A stretch of 64,000 nt of DNA from Raillietiella orientalis. Taxonomy: Eukaryota. The first letter of the stretch is position 1, and every line of letters starts with the position of its first letter. The notes beneath the pieces are model-generated. The model had not been told where the DNA came from, searched no databases, and saw only the letters and a list, made by a program, of their open reading frames with translations. A program made the translations under genes and the position numbers. Location of the stretch: the NCBI GenBank assembly GCA_036172245.1, contig JAYWIR010000007.1:868001-932000 (forward strand). Reading direction: 5' to 3'. Below are positions 39,084-51,478 of this stretch, piece by piece.

Positions 39084-42000
39084 CGCGTTTTGAAATTAAA
39101 TAAAACATCAGATCACAGCATGTCATAAAACAAGCTTAATTTTGCTGAAAAGAAAAAAATTGATTAAAATACATACAAATTATAAGGAAGTATCAATTAT
39201 ATTATATCTCTCATTAAATCCATTGATCAAATCACCAAGACTTTCTTGAGAGTAAAAGAAACATGAACATACAGAACTGATGTGTTTCTTTTAAACATAA
39301 AATCTGTGCAATGCAGCAAAATTCTGTTCATAAAAAAACATTATGATGCTTCCTAAATTCAACTTATTGAAACAAATCATAAACCAATATCCACTGATTT
39401 CATACACAATAATTAAATATCCTTTAAATACTACAAAACTCATGATTCCCAATATTTAAATGGATTCTTCATTTCTTCAATCAATGCACATGGCATAAAA
39501 GTAACACATGGTAAAAAGTACCTGACTTTGAAGAATCTGTTATAAATTTAGTTGAATTACAACCTGGATGCTGCTCAAAAATTCTACAGAAAAAGTATTC
39601 AGTTGAAGACAAGAAAAGATACAAATGAAAAACTAAACAAGTTCATAACCCAAACAAGCAAAATGAAGAAACTTATATAGGAAGCACGCATTGTGTGGAA
39701 GAAATATCAGCAATGGAGAGCAATGACCTTCCATCACTTGGGCATGAAGGTGAACACTAACATGGAGAATTGAACGGTTTCATAGTAGTTTTGTCCTCAT
39801 CAACTATGGATTCAGTATAGGCTTAATTCACCAACAGCATTCTGACATTAGAGCCACACACTACTTGTCCATTACATAATTTATTCTACATGGTGGACAG
39901 GAATCAAACAAAAACTACATTTGTATTCTAATCAACAACTTATTTATTTGACTATACGTCTAATATGGTCATCAAAGATATTCTATGCATGAATACTTTT
40001 ATGGGCAAATTTGGATGCAGTAATACATGGAACAAATCTACCTAGGAACACTGATCCAAAAAAATGCTAACAATGTACACTACCTTTTTAGCAACTAAAA
40101 CAATGAAATTAATACTATTAGAACTGCACTGGTACTTTTTTACGGTACCGGTGCAACTGAGAAAGTTGACACGAATGGCCACAATGCAGCAATGCAATGC
40201 AAAATGATTTCGACTGCGATTCTTGGAATTTATGAATTTTCCATCTACACAACCTGTCTCAAAAACCGAATGTGGGAATGAAGGGCAATAGTTAGCTCTG
40301 ATCAGTGGTTGCGACACAAGTAAATTCAACCGTTTTTCGAGGCCTTCTTTACTAAACACAGACTTAGCATCGATTAACACTTTGTACAAAACTTCCCTTA
40401 GTCTCTAAAAATTCAGTAGGTTTTATTTTCTAACCGATCCGAAGTTATTGCAAGGAAAACACAAATACGTTAAGGGACTGTCATTTTTATCATGAACTTA
40501 ACAAATGCCTCCTAAGATCCTATACAACTACTTACATGAAACTGGTCACTGAATCCGGGTTATCAAAAGAAACGAGCTCCACCAAGGAGAGAAAAGACAA
40601 AAATCTTATGCAAACCTCGATCAAATGCACTTCCCAGCTGGCACTTATGTACTTCGAATAACAAGCAATTACGATGGCACAAATATCCTAATAGGTTGGC
40701 CTAAAGCGGTTAAAAAATTCAGACATCACAATTTCGACAGTCCAGTGAGCGCTGCCTGCATGTCCTTCCATTAATTTCATTAATTCTCGAGCACGATTCG
40801 ACATGAAATCCGCAGAATAAATAAATGAATAAAAAATTCAGGGGCAGATAGCAAAGCAAACCCACGAAATGCGAATTGGAATACGTTTCTGTGAATACCA
40901 GTTTTCAGTAATTGTGTCAAAATAACTTTTCGTGGTCCACGAAATTTCCTAGGAATTTGTGAATCTGGTGAAAGCGGGATCTAATCGAAGTTTGATTTGA
41001 TTTTGATTTTGATTTTCGTGCATCCATTGCTTTTGATTTTCGTGCATCCATTGCATGTGCACTTTGACCTGCCAATCCTGAAGCTCGGAACGCATGCAGA
41101 TCGTACCTCTCTCCTTGTACAACGTAATCCCTAAGCTGCCTGACAGAAACTGTTTTCATGTACACGTGAACACAAAAACCAAGCACACATGGATGATGTA
41201 CACATGACAGTCAGAAGGATCAGAGATAACAGAGACTGCAGAAAGTCAAGAATTTCACTTCGATTGCAAAACAGCAACGCTGAAGGACCTCCGGAAAACA
41301 TAGTCGAGTAAATAACACCACTTGTGTCACAACTAATTGTTAATTTTAAGTTTATTCCAATGAACATTATACGTCTGACCGGTAAGAATGAAGTTCCACA
41401 AAGCTAAAACCTCTAATAATTGTCCATGCAACGGAGGGACTTTTCCAAATAATACTTCCTTTCTAAGCAATACGAGCATACATTAGCAGAAAATGAATAG
41501 TAACACAAACATGCAATTTTAGAATTTTCTGTCTAGCTTTTCTGTCTGTAATTTTCTGTCCTTGTTAGTAAGAATAACCACTTTAGACCTTGCGAGTTGT
41601 TAGAAATTCAAAGTTCAGATTTTGTCAATCTAGCTATGTTGAAAGTTCAGTTGCAAGAGATAATGTCAGGATTCTTCTGCAAAAAACTAATACAATAAAA
41701 CCAAATGTTGGTCGATTTTTTTCTTCTTTTAATTAATCTGTCAAGCGAGCATGGAATGAATCCAAATAGTCTTTCTATGCATTCCCCGAACTTTCTTTAA
41801 TCGGGTTGACTTTCATTCCTGAACTGAGATGATGCACAAAAGTAATCCTAATAATATGGGTTGAGTCAGTCTTATTAGTCAGCTATTCTGGAGATATTTT
41901 GTATATTTCAATGTTTGTAGTGTAGTGAAACTCATAGCATGCATATGTTTCACATACCTTAGAAAGGTGCATACGTCCTTTAAGGCTCTAAATGAAAGCG

Positions 42001-42949
42001 ATGGGTTTGTTCTGTTTCATGAAGAATCTGGACAAAGTAAAGCAAAATATTTTTTAATGTGCACGAAAAAACAAGCTTTCTAACTTGAAAATAGAGATAA
42101 TGCTTGCCACGAACAAAGAACTAAATTCCCAAAGTAAAAGCACTCACATGCTTTCAGGATATACTAGAATAAAAACACCGAAGGTATCAGAAAATGAAGC
42201 ATTAAAAAAAAAAGGAAATAAAGCATCGAAAGTGATTTTTGAATTAAGATGCCTTGTTTGTGTTTTTTATAGAAAATACACTGAAGGTTCAAGGTTGCCA
42301 GTTGCAGAGAGTAAGAATGATGCTTTTTTTAAGAGTCGGATAATGGAAGCTTAAAATCAAATGTAAGTAAATGCTGTCTAAGTTTTTAGTGAGTATAAAA
42401 TAACTAGAAATTGCAACAAGTTTATTTTTAGATGTTGACATCGTTTATACCTTCACGTAGTGAACAAGATAACGTGGAAAATCAAAACTTGGTGCCTCAG
42501 CAGAGATATGAAAAAGATGAACCATCCTTGCTTTTACGTGGAATAACAATTAATAGTGCGAGTCAAAATGCGTACGGGATGTTTGGCATTTGCGCCAGGC
42601 GTTAATGCTTTGTAAGCTTCCGTTTCTGAGTACTTTAGTTAAAGCGAAAAATCTATGGCCTTTTTACAAGCCAAAAATTGTTGCATTTTCAGGCAACAAA
42701 AAGGGGAATGAATGGCTGATATTTGAAGGATGATCGCCAAAGAAACACTTTCTCTATGTATAAGCAAATGCATAGAGGATTACCTATAAATGCTGTACTG
42801 GCTTGAAACAATTTGCAAAGCATTTCAATAATTTTAGCTTGAGTTTGGGCTTCGCAGGAAACACTGTGGTCAAGTTTCATAATTAGATCTTGCGCCACGT
42901 GCCCACATGCAAGTCATCGAGCATTACAACCACGGGACGGTTTGGATTT

Positions 42950-45050
42950 TATTAATCGATCCGGCCACATTTGCATGAAAGGAAAAGAACTGGAAGGATT
43001 CACGAGTGTAAGCGAAACGAGGTGGACTCTGGACCCCGTTTTTCAAGGAGGAAACGAGTGCGCGCCCGCATTACTCAAGCCTCCCAGCAGCATCCATAGA
43101 CATCGCGAGAGCAAGTGGAATCGATTGCGATTACGTGTTGTTACAGAGGGCCAACTTGCGCTATCATGCAGACATGCCGGATACCGAGGCGATGGGATGG
43201 GGGAGAGTTTTTCAGACTTCTCCTTGAAGATAGCAGAGTTCTGCTGTCAGTGTATCGACCGCTTTTCGGAAAGTCTTTGGGAATGGCGAAGATCACTGCA
43301 GCTGCGATATGGAACACATAGGGGAGGCGATCTCCGTGGCACCACTCTTGTGGCATGGAAGTTTGCACGATAAAACTGGACCAGGTACAATAGGCTCTTC
43401 GAAAAATGAAGAGAGAAGAGTGTGAAAGTGTGCATGTGCTCCAGCTGGCCATAGCTAGTGATGTTCTTCGGTGCTCTCTGCACTGATACACTCTAAGCCG
43501 CTTCTTCTTGAGTAAGTGGGCCTTAGCATTCACAGTACACGATTGTATGCTTCCACCTTGAATATCTTGTGGAAGGATGCGTCTCCTCCGTCCTCCAGTG
43601 CGGCACCCGTGGAACGGTTTCAAAGGTTTCCTCGCCCTTCGTGTGAAGTGGACGACTGGCCGCGATGACTGATGGTAACCCCGCAGTAACCAGGAGGGGA
43701 CTCGCAACAGGAAGGAGATTATGCCGAGGATGGTACTCCAGCTTCACGCCTTTCTATCCTTCTACCTCTTCCTTCTCCTCCAGCACAAGAATCTTATGAG
43801 CCGTATCAGAAACTATCTGTTGGATAGTAATCCGAATTTGAGTTCCACTCTAAAGGACACATCCTTTACAGTACACGATAAGCGAGATACACGCTTTTGT
43901 TGGAACGTAAAGCGAGAAGCGGCAGCAAAGGAAAGCAATCCATTCTGTCTGTCGCCGGCATCTTCAGAAGACTATGGAGACGAGTAGCTGATGGACATAG
44001 GCTCTCCAGCTGCTGCTGCTACCGCTCGGTATGGCAATATTCAGTTCAGAGGGTGGGTGACTCCTTGCCAGTTCTCAAAAGTACTGGAAGCTTGCTCGAG
44101 ATTGTTTACCCTCTGTAGTGCTCCATGCGCATGAACCTCGTAATGCAATCCCCTGACAACACTGGCATTGCATCCCTGTCGGGAAGCGAGTCGACCGTAG
44201 CTACCTTTCTCAAAGAACAAAGCACTTACAAGAAAGCTCGAGGCTACGACGCTCGTGCATGTTGTGGGTGAGTGTTCTCTTCGAAGTCTTTTACCTGGTG
44301 CGCTGGTCTGCAAGGTAACCACGTTGGTGGAAGACGGGAAGCTGTAAAACCAAAGACTTCGCTCTGATCTCTTCTAGGGAGACGAACCTCACAGCTTCCT
44401 GTCGCCGGCCATGGAGCGAATTCGAAGCTGCGATATAAGGTAAGCAGCTGCTGCTAAGGTGACCGGCTCGTGCCGAATAAAATGCCCTGCAAGTGGAATC
44501 GATTCGTGAGCTGCAGTGCGCCTCGCATCTGGAATGTTTTCCGGCTTTCCGACAACACTCGTGCCTTTCGGTGTGATCTCGAGTGAGTGGTAACGACCCG
44601 TTCCACAAGACTGCACGTCTGCTTGAGAATGGAACGGTCACCTTCCTGCGATCCTGCAAGCTGAACCCTCCGCGTTTCCTGAACGCCAAGCGGTCTGCAT
44701 CGGGACTGAACCGTAGTCGAAAAGAGACAACGGTCTTTTCCCATGCATGTACGTGCGATGGCTTCCGTTGAACAGTGGTTTCGAGGGCCAAAGGGCTATA
44801 GGGGACGGAGAATCAGGTGTGGCATGCAGTTTCTGCTCAATGACCTTGATCGACCGCTTTCGTATATCGAAGATGGTGAGAACACCAATGCTGGCGAGCT
44901 ACGGAGAGCACGGCGCTCAACTTCCTCCATGCACCGGTGAAGACTTGATAGAAAGGTCCGACGACTTACCACACAAATATAGCTTAGATTAATGGAGTGA
45001 CATAATAACAAACTGAAATAAAATGGTATAGTAAGAAGATGCCCCAGTTG
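42950..45050 (-). mobile_element. Highly decayed non-LTR RT relic
   Basis: Remnants TGR...ITPKG...KPEN and SRQGC across frameshifts. Clade not determinable. Confidence 0.45.
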
Positions 45051-46678
45051 GTTACCTACCACTGAGCAGGGAGTGCCTTCACACGAAAATCCCTCTACTA
45101 TGAGTGATCCATTCTATCCCCCATCAATAGTGTTCTTGGGTTCCATTTCTGTTCTTCGGTTTTAACGCTAGGGGTAGCATTAAGTGGAACCTCATTACGA
45201 ACAGGAAATGCGGTTGAAAGACGGTTTCGTGGAATAAGTTTTGATCAGTAAGGATTCATTTCATCATCCTTACTGATCAAAACAGAAAGAACAGAAATCT
45301 CACGGGATGATTACTCGTTGCAATCACCAAACACACACCAGACAAATCAGAGCCCGCGTTCCATTAGTAACTAAAAATAACTAGAAATGAGAATCTCTAA
45401 GAAGACCATTACTCGGTTAAACTCGGAAGTATACCTCATGAAGCATCAATCTTTCTTAATGAGACAGAGCTCGGAATCTGACGCCTACATATCTCTGCTG
45501 CATGAGTCCACTGGATGTTTACGTTTGGGGAAATCTTGACTTCTTATTGAGAACAAAATGTTCCATGGAGCTAACTCTGTTTCGAGTCTTGTTTGCTTAA
45601 AGCGAGCTCGAAAACAGGTCAATGACGCAACAACTAATTTCAGGAACAGTGACTTTAATTGATTCCCCTTTCAGAAGTTTTTTTTTTACCTATCCCATAT
45701 TTTACAGCAGTTCTGACCACATGCCTGTGGGAAATGATGCTACCTCAACGATTTTTCGAACTCCATTGTGCGAAATTCACATAGCGTATGCGATACATTA
45801 GCTGTACGGAAGCTGCTTAATTAATGATAGAAACCGAAAACCATGAATTCTTCTCTTCCTCACCCAAGAGTCTCGAGAAGCCACGAGGACTGAAGATGCA
45901 GTCTACCTATCCCCTTTTTACTCAGCAATCCTGCTTACTGAATCTTCCTCCTTCTTCCCTAGTGAAGCACTGAGATGAGAGTATTTCTCTCTACCTTCTT
46001 TTAGGCATTTCCTTAGCATCAGTGCATCAAAATCTCCATGTTTCAGAGTTGAAACCCATAATTTTTTTTTTCCTTCTCCTTTTCCCTTCTCCTAATCTCC
46101 ATTACTGTATCTTTCTGTTTCTGCTTTTGATCGCTATTTGCTTTTGAAATTTTCCTGTAAAAGGAAAATTCGGACCACGAACGGTGTTCTTGTCTCCACA
46201 AACTTTCTGCACGAGAAAAATATTTTTCCGGATGTCGCAAGTGTTGCAGGACCTTTCGTTTAGCGATGCAATTTCTGTGGAGCATCGGTTTCGAGCATGG
46301 CTTACGATCCGCCTGGAAGCCTTCTTTCATGCCAAATGACGAAATGATTCTCGAAAGCCTTCGCGAGTCATCGATCGCTATGAATTCCAGAGAGCAAACC
46401 TCGGGGCAAATTGGGTGGCTACGTGCAACTTAGGCAGAGGCAGTAACATTGACGACACTGATGTCGCAGTGCCGATTGAGGGATGCGGATGCTGAAAGCG
46501 CGCTTGATGCGCTAATGAGCACACTGGATAACTGGAGAATCGGAGTCTGAGAGATTCGAGGAAGGATGGAAGATTTCAAGCGGGAAGGTTTCAGGGAAAG
46601 GAAGGCACTCCATCCTCGTTCAAAGATGCGATTCGACTCCCGAGGTGCGGCGCGATGGAGCGGAAACGCGAGCTCCCT

Positions 46679-46749
46679 ATTGGCCAAGAGCCTCCGCGTT
46701 ACTGTTCGGTCGGTGCTCGTTCAATCTGCGTTCCCCTCCGATATAAATA
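46679..46749 (+). promoter_or_regulatory. Histone H2B promoter: inverted CCAAT and TATA box
   Basis: ATTGG at about 46679-46683 and TATAAATA at 46742-46749, about 110 bp upstream of the ATG. Confidence 0.7.
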
Positions 46750-46856
46750 GCTTCCGCCGAATCTCCGACTCGCCGAGTTGCTGAGTGCGGTGTGGTGCGG
46801 CGAACGTGTGCTTCTCTCCTCGTGGAAAGTGCGTAGCAGAGGTGTGGAAGAGTACG

Positions 46857-47231
46857 ATGGCTCCCAAGTCGGGAAGTGGGAAGGCGGTGAAGAAGGCTGG
46901 TAAAGCTCAGAAAAACATCACGAAAGGAGACAAGAAGAAGAAGCGGAAGAGGAAGGAAAGTTACGCGATCTACATCTACAAAGTGCTGAAGCAGGTGCAC
47001 CCGGACACGGGCATCTCGAGCAAGGCCATGTCGATCATGAACAGTTTCGTGAACGACATATTCGAGCGCATCGCTGCGGAGGCGTCCCGCCTGTCGCACT
47101 ACAACAAGCGCACCACCATCACCAGCCGAGAGGTGCAGACGGCGGTGCGCCTGCTGCTGCCTGGGGAACTGGCCAAGCACGCCGTCTCGGAAGGCACGAA
47201 AGCGGTCACCAAGTACACGAGCTCCAAGTGA
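46857..47231 (+). CDS. H2B: Histone H2B, replication-dependent type
   Basis: Intronless [55 protein letters not shown]...AVTKYTSSK. Confidence 0.99.
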   Translation: MAPKSGSGKAVKKAGKAQKNITKGDKKKKRKRKESYAIYIYKVLKQVHPDTGISSKAMSIMNSFVNDIFERIAAEASRLSHYNKRTTITSREVQTAVRLLLPGELAKHAVSEGTKAVTKYTSSK

Positions 47232-47285
47232 GCACCGTGCGGTTGCTGTCGCCCGCGGCCCACCTTGCCCTACCAAAACCACCAA

Positions 47286-47326
47286 GGCCCTTTTTAGGGC
47301 CACCTTCGTGCTTCTGAAAGGGAGAT
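47286..47326 (+). terminator. Histone 3' stem-loop and purine-rich downstream element
   Basis: GGCCCT-TTTT-AGGGCC at 47286-47301, flanked by CCAA/ACC, with AAAGGGAGAT about 16 nt downstream. Confidence 0.93.
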
Positions 47327-47540
47327 CGATGAAGCCGCGCATGCGCGCCCCGTGGAGGGTTGCGGGAGTGCATGCGGACGTTGCCGCCCTCCGTCAGGAG
47401 GAGCCCTGCCTCATCGTTCTCCAGAATGCCCAAGGTCAAGAGTTTACACGACGTTCCCTTGGGGAACGGCTCCAGGTCCACCGAACTATTGAGGAACTGA
47501 TAACTAACGAGAGTGGTTACTGCGGAAGCGGTGGGATGTT

Positions 47541-49155
47541 TTTCTCATCTGGTGAAGCCGAGGTGTTTATACAAAATGAGCACATGTATCTTATAATACA
47601 TCTACGATTGTCCTACATGGTAGGGACATAGGTATCGGCTGTCTATTTTATCCTGGGAGGGAGGGCTGGGATACAAGCGGGAAAGGACACTAATGGAAGT
47701 GAGGATAAATAGTACATGAATAAGTTACCGCGGGAGGGGGAAGATACAGGTCCTTATGCAGTGGTATATTCCCGCCATTTCGTCCTTGCTGTTTGATGAA
47801 AGAGAAGACCATCGAAAGGATCTCCCCGCAGAAGGGGGAAGGCCATACTCTAAGCTGGTTGCTTCTTACGCTGGAGTTCTTGCAGCGCTCTCGACCGGAC
47901 CACGGAGGAAGCGGAGAACTGCAATCAGCTCTGCTACAGGGAGCTCGTTGCACTGGAAAGAGTCGGATATTCTTGATATGCTTGGTACAGTCGGAGGGGA
48001 GAGAGATGGCATGGACCAAGTGCTTCCATCCTCGCCGAACTCCCGAGCATTCAAGGAGCACGTGCGGCGGAGTCTCTTTTTCGCCGCAGCGGCTACAGTG
48101 CGGGGATCCACGTTTTCCTGAGTCATGGTGCTTCCTGGAATTGCTGGGTGGGCCTCAATGTAGGAAGAGGAGCGTATTGGTACGCAGCCTCAGCAGGAAC
48201 GTCCAGCGTCGAGACAGGAGGGACAGAAATTTGCAAAGTTAGGCTCACGCTGCCTCCTAGTCACTGCCGCTCCTTCCCTGCTTCCAGAAAGTTGCCAGCG
48301 GGGTGTTGCGGAACTTATCCCAAATTTGGGATCTCCCATGATTCCATCCAGTTGTTTTCTACCGATTGACCTTGGAGAGCCAGGAAAGCTTGCGTGAGCT
48401 CCTTCCAGAATAAGCCACATGTTCAAAGATTTCTGGCGCCCTGCAGTTCAGCAGCCCGCATAACCGTGAGTAGGTAGCCGGGGCACCTCGACAGAGTGCT
48501 CGTCCACAGGGAAGCCAGTCCTTGGCTGCCTGCCGTGCGTTTCAGAATTTCTTTTGCCGGCTGACACCAATGTTCCTTCCAGTGGAGGGCACAGATGTAC
48601 AGCCGGCGGAATAAAAGTTCTATCTTAAGGGCGCTCAACGTTTTAACGCCTAGTTCGGCATTTCTGTTAGAGAACAGATGTCTTTGAGTCGCACTCGGGA
48701 TCTGGCCCCTACCCACAGTAACTTTTTCGAGAGAAGTTTTTCTCTGAGTCGGGCATGCGCGGGAGAAATGGAAACAAAAATTAGGGGACCGAGGGGGGAG
48801 GCGGCAAAGGTGTTCCATAAGAAGGCCCGCTTCGAAAGCGGAAGACAGCCTCGCATGAATCGGACCGGCTCCATCTCCGTCTGGTCGAGATGTTCGGACC
48901 AGACATTCTCGATCGAGAAGTTCCCCAGAGGAACCCCTAGGTATTTAAGGTGTTTAGCCACCGGAATACCCAGGCGATCCTTGTCCCAAAGCCCAGCCCA
49001 TGAAGAGTCAGCCCGAATGACCGCGGACTTCTGCCTATTGAGCACCATGCCCATCCCCTCACGAATGAGGTCGAAAAAAGATTTGAGCTTCGCCGCAGGC
49101 GTGGACTGCGGTAGGAAAAGTAGCAGGTCGTCGGCCTATGCCGCTACCGGCGGCA
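47541..49155 (-). mobile_element. Tx1-like LINE ORF2 3' half with inactivated YADD
   Basis: A*ADDLLLFL (TAG at the Tyr position), VLNRQKS, LKYLGVPL, LSKRAFLWNTF. Degenerate family terminus at 47541-47572. Confidence 0.85.
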
Positions 49156-49925
49156 ATGCCACCCGGATACGCCGGGACGTTTATTCAAACTCTTCCATGG
49201 TCAATACAATACGTGGTACAAGGCCCTACTAACGGCCAACATTTCTCCGGACCTGACGGGACACCGGTACGCAGACCAGCGTGACTCTCCTCGTCAGTGG
49301 AAGGGGGAAAAAACAAAAAAAATAAAAATAAAACAATAACCGAAAAAAAAAAAAGTTTTTTGAGGGAGGGGAAGGGATCACTGACCACTGGAAGGAGGGT
49401 CCATCCTTCGCAGGATGCCCTCGAGGTCCTCCTTTAATCCACCAAGCTGGGGCCATCCGGCAGCTCTCACCATGAAGCGAACAGCATACGGGATGACGTC
49501 CCTCTCGTTACGAACATCTTCGTCGTGGGCATCACTCCAAGCCGCCACGATGCCTCGGATGCAGCAAAGTGCTGCAAGGGCTACGGCTGGCTGCAGGGCG
49601 TCCCGCACGAAGAGGAGCCGGAAAACGTCTCTGAGCGCTCTGCCCACGGGGAGCCCGAGGGTCGTCCCAAGACGTTCCCAAAGGTGTTGGAGGGCAGCAC
49701 AATCAACAAGAAGATGGGGGAGCGATTCCTGCTCCCCGCACCTGGCACATTCAGGCTTTACTCTCCCCCGCGTCCAGTGGAAGCAGCGTGCGTTGCATGG
49801 TAGGCCCCGATGCAACAGCAACAGCGCCGACTCTTGCCACTTCAGAGGGAGAATCCTGGATCCATTCAACACTGGGGGCCACTTCAGGTCATCCGTCTGG
49901 ATACCGAGCAGCTCGCCCCGGCGGC
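49156..49925 (-). mobile_element. Tx1-like LINE 3' end (best preserved zf-RVT copy)
   Basis: ORF 49378-49872 LPLKWQESALLLLHRGLPCNARC...CARCGEQESLPHLLVDC, followed by the full structured UTR. Confidence 0.9.
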
Positions 49926-49929
49926 GTGA

Positions 49930-50480
49930 AAGTGCAGGAGGACAAGGACTCTACGGTGAGCCTATAAACCTTCAGCAGGAGCGCAAAGTACAGACTGAAG
50001 AGCAACGGCTGACGCTATCACCTTGCCTTACCCTCTTTCTAATTGGTGCGCCGTACACGTGGCGGCCTCTGAAAAAGGTGTTAGTTAATGCGTGCAGCTC
50101 CAAGACGCGCGCAATTAGTTAGATAGCGAGGATGGAAGGCCAAGCTCTAGGAGGAGTTTCTGGTCGACGCAGTCGAACCAACCAACCAACTTTTTGCAAA
50201 TCCAACAAGAACGCAAAGCTTCCAAAACTTGTTCCCCCGCTATGAGCAACCTTAGCGGTAGCAGATTCGGCCGCGGCACGTGGCCAGAGGAAGCCTGAGC
50301 CGCGAATCTTATGGATTCTTTGAGGACGAAGTCGCGAATCCTCAGGAAAGGTTGATGGCCGTGTAACGGACTGGAATCAAGGCGGTGCTCCAGCCTTGTC
50401 TGCAACTATGTTGCGCCCCTGGTCGGGTCTGACGGAAGCGCGAAATTCCCTTTCTTCTCAGGAATGACCGGAGGATTAAG
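49930..50480 (-). mobile_element. Tx1-like RT fragment
   Basis: FDCVDQKLLLELGLP and RVRQGDS, homologous to 13500-13740. Confidence 0.75.
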
Positions 50481-50849
50481 TCTCTTCGCGTGCACTCCGC
50501 GTGCTCCTATGGAATGTTGACGGTCGTGCAGACGATGCCGAGAGGTGTGCGATCGCTGACTCCATCAGAAGTTGCCATGATGCACTCCTACAGGAGATGA
50601 GCAGAGTCCCCTGCGCAGGTGATTGACGATATCGAGAACTGCGGAGGAGCGTCAAAGACAAATGCGGGTGCACACACTTTGCGAGGTCGCATTTCCCCTC
50701 GAACCGGACACACGGCAGGAGTCGCGGGGTGGCGTTTCAACGGGGAGGTCACGTAGACCAGCTAGTGCTCCCCAGCAATCCGACTGCATCGACCTCGCCG
50801 TGACAGGGTCTCCCAACTCGACCGACAGGGGATGGATTTTCCTGAGTTA

Positions 50850-51478
50850 CTCAGACGGCACTGGCAGGATGCAGAGTGCATCTCACGTCGTAGTGGGGGA
50901 CTTCAACGTAGGTTTGCTTTCAAATGACTCACTCCTCCAGGGCCTGCTCTCGAAAGCCAAGGGCTCCGTAGAGCGGCGCACACACCACCAACTTGTTGAC
51001 AGACGAATTCAAATCCATCGACCACGTGTTCCTAGTATTATTAGCTGTGTTCGCGGGTGGGTCGGCAAGGATGAATACTGTCCAACTGGTCGGATGACTC
51101 CAGGACGCAGGAATGGCAGGGATGCCATCCACTGGATGCGAATTTTCGTACGAAACATCTCCAGGTGGTCCCACCTGGGCGCAAACAGGACTCAGCTCTC
51201 TAGGATCCTAAACAGGATCTAGAGGACCAATCCATGCGCAGTGTGATCCTTTCCCCGCCCTCCCCACTCCCAGACCTTTGTGCCCTCCCTACCTTTCACC
51301 TTTTGTTTGTTTTTTTGTTCCTTTATTCCTCCCCTCGCGCGTTGGTTGGACCTCGCCGGTTTTTGCTCCGGCAGCTAGCTTGCTCTTGTGGAGTGGTGAG
51401 CCCTTGGGTTCACCACAAGAAATTAGAATGCACTTTTATTTTGTATAAATAAATGCCCCGGCAAATCCGGCTGATAAA
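50850..51478 (+). mobile_element. LINE APE remnant joined to a Tx1-like 3' end
   Basis: VVVGDFN endonuclease motif, then RDAIHWMRIFVRNISRWSHLG. Terminus AATAAATGCCCCGG-CAAAT-CCGGCTGATAAA. Confidence 0.75.

Noticed and set aside
41007..41054. 24-bp tandem duplication TTTTGATTTTCGTGCATCCATTGC x2
   Set aside because: Real, but an ordinary slippage event with no sign of function.
46677..47342. 221-aa minus-strand ORF
   Set aside because: Antisense shadow of the GC-rich H2B gene.
49250..49300. Hammerhead ribozyme (CUGACGA on the minus strand)
   Set aside because: CUGACG pairs with CGUCAG as helix P1 and is CUGCCG in the other copies, so the catalytic core is not conserved.
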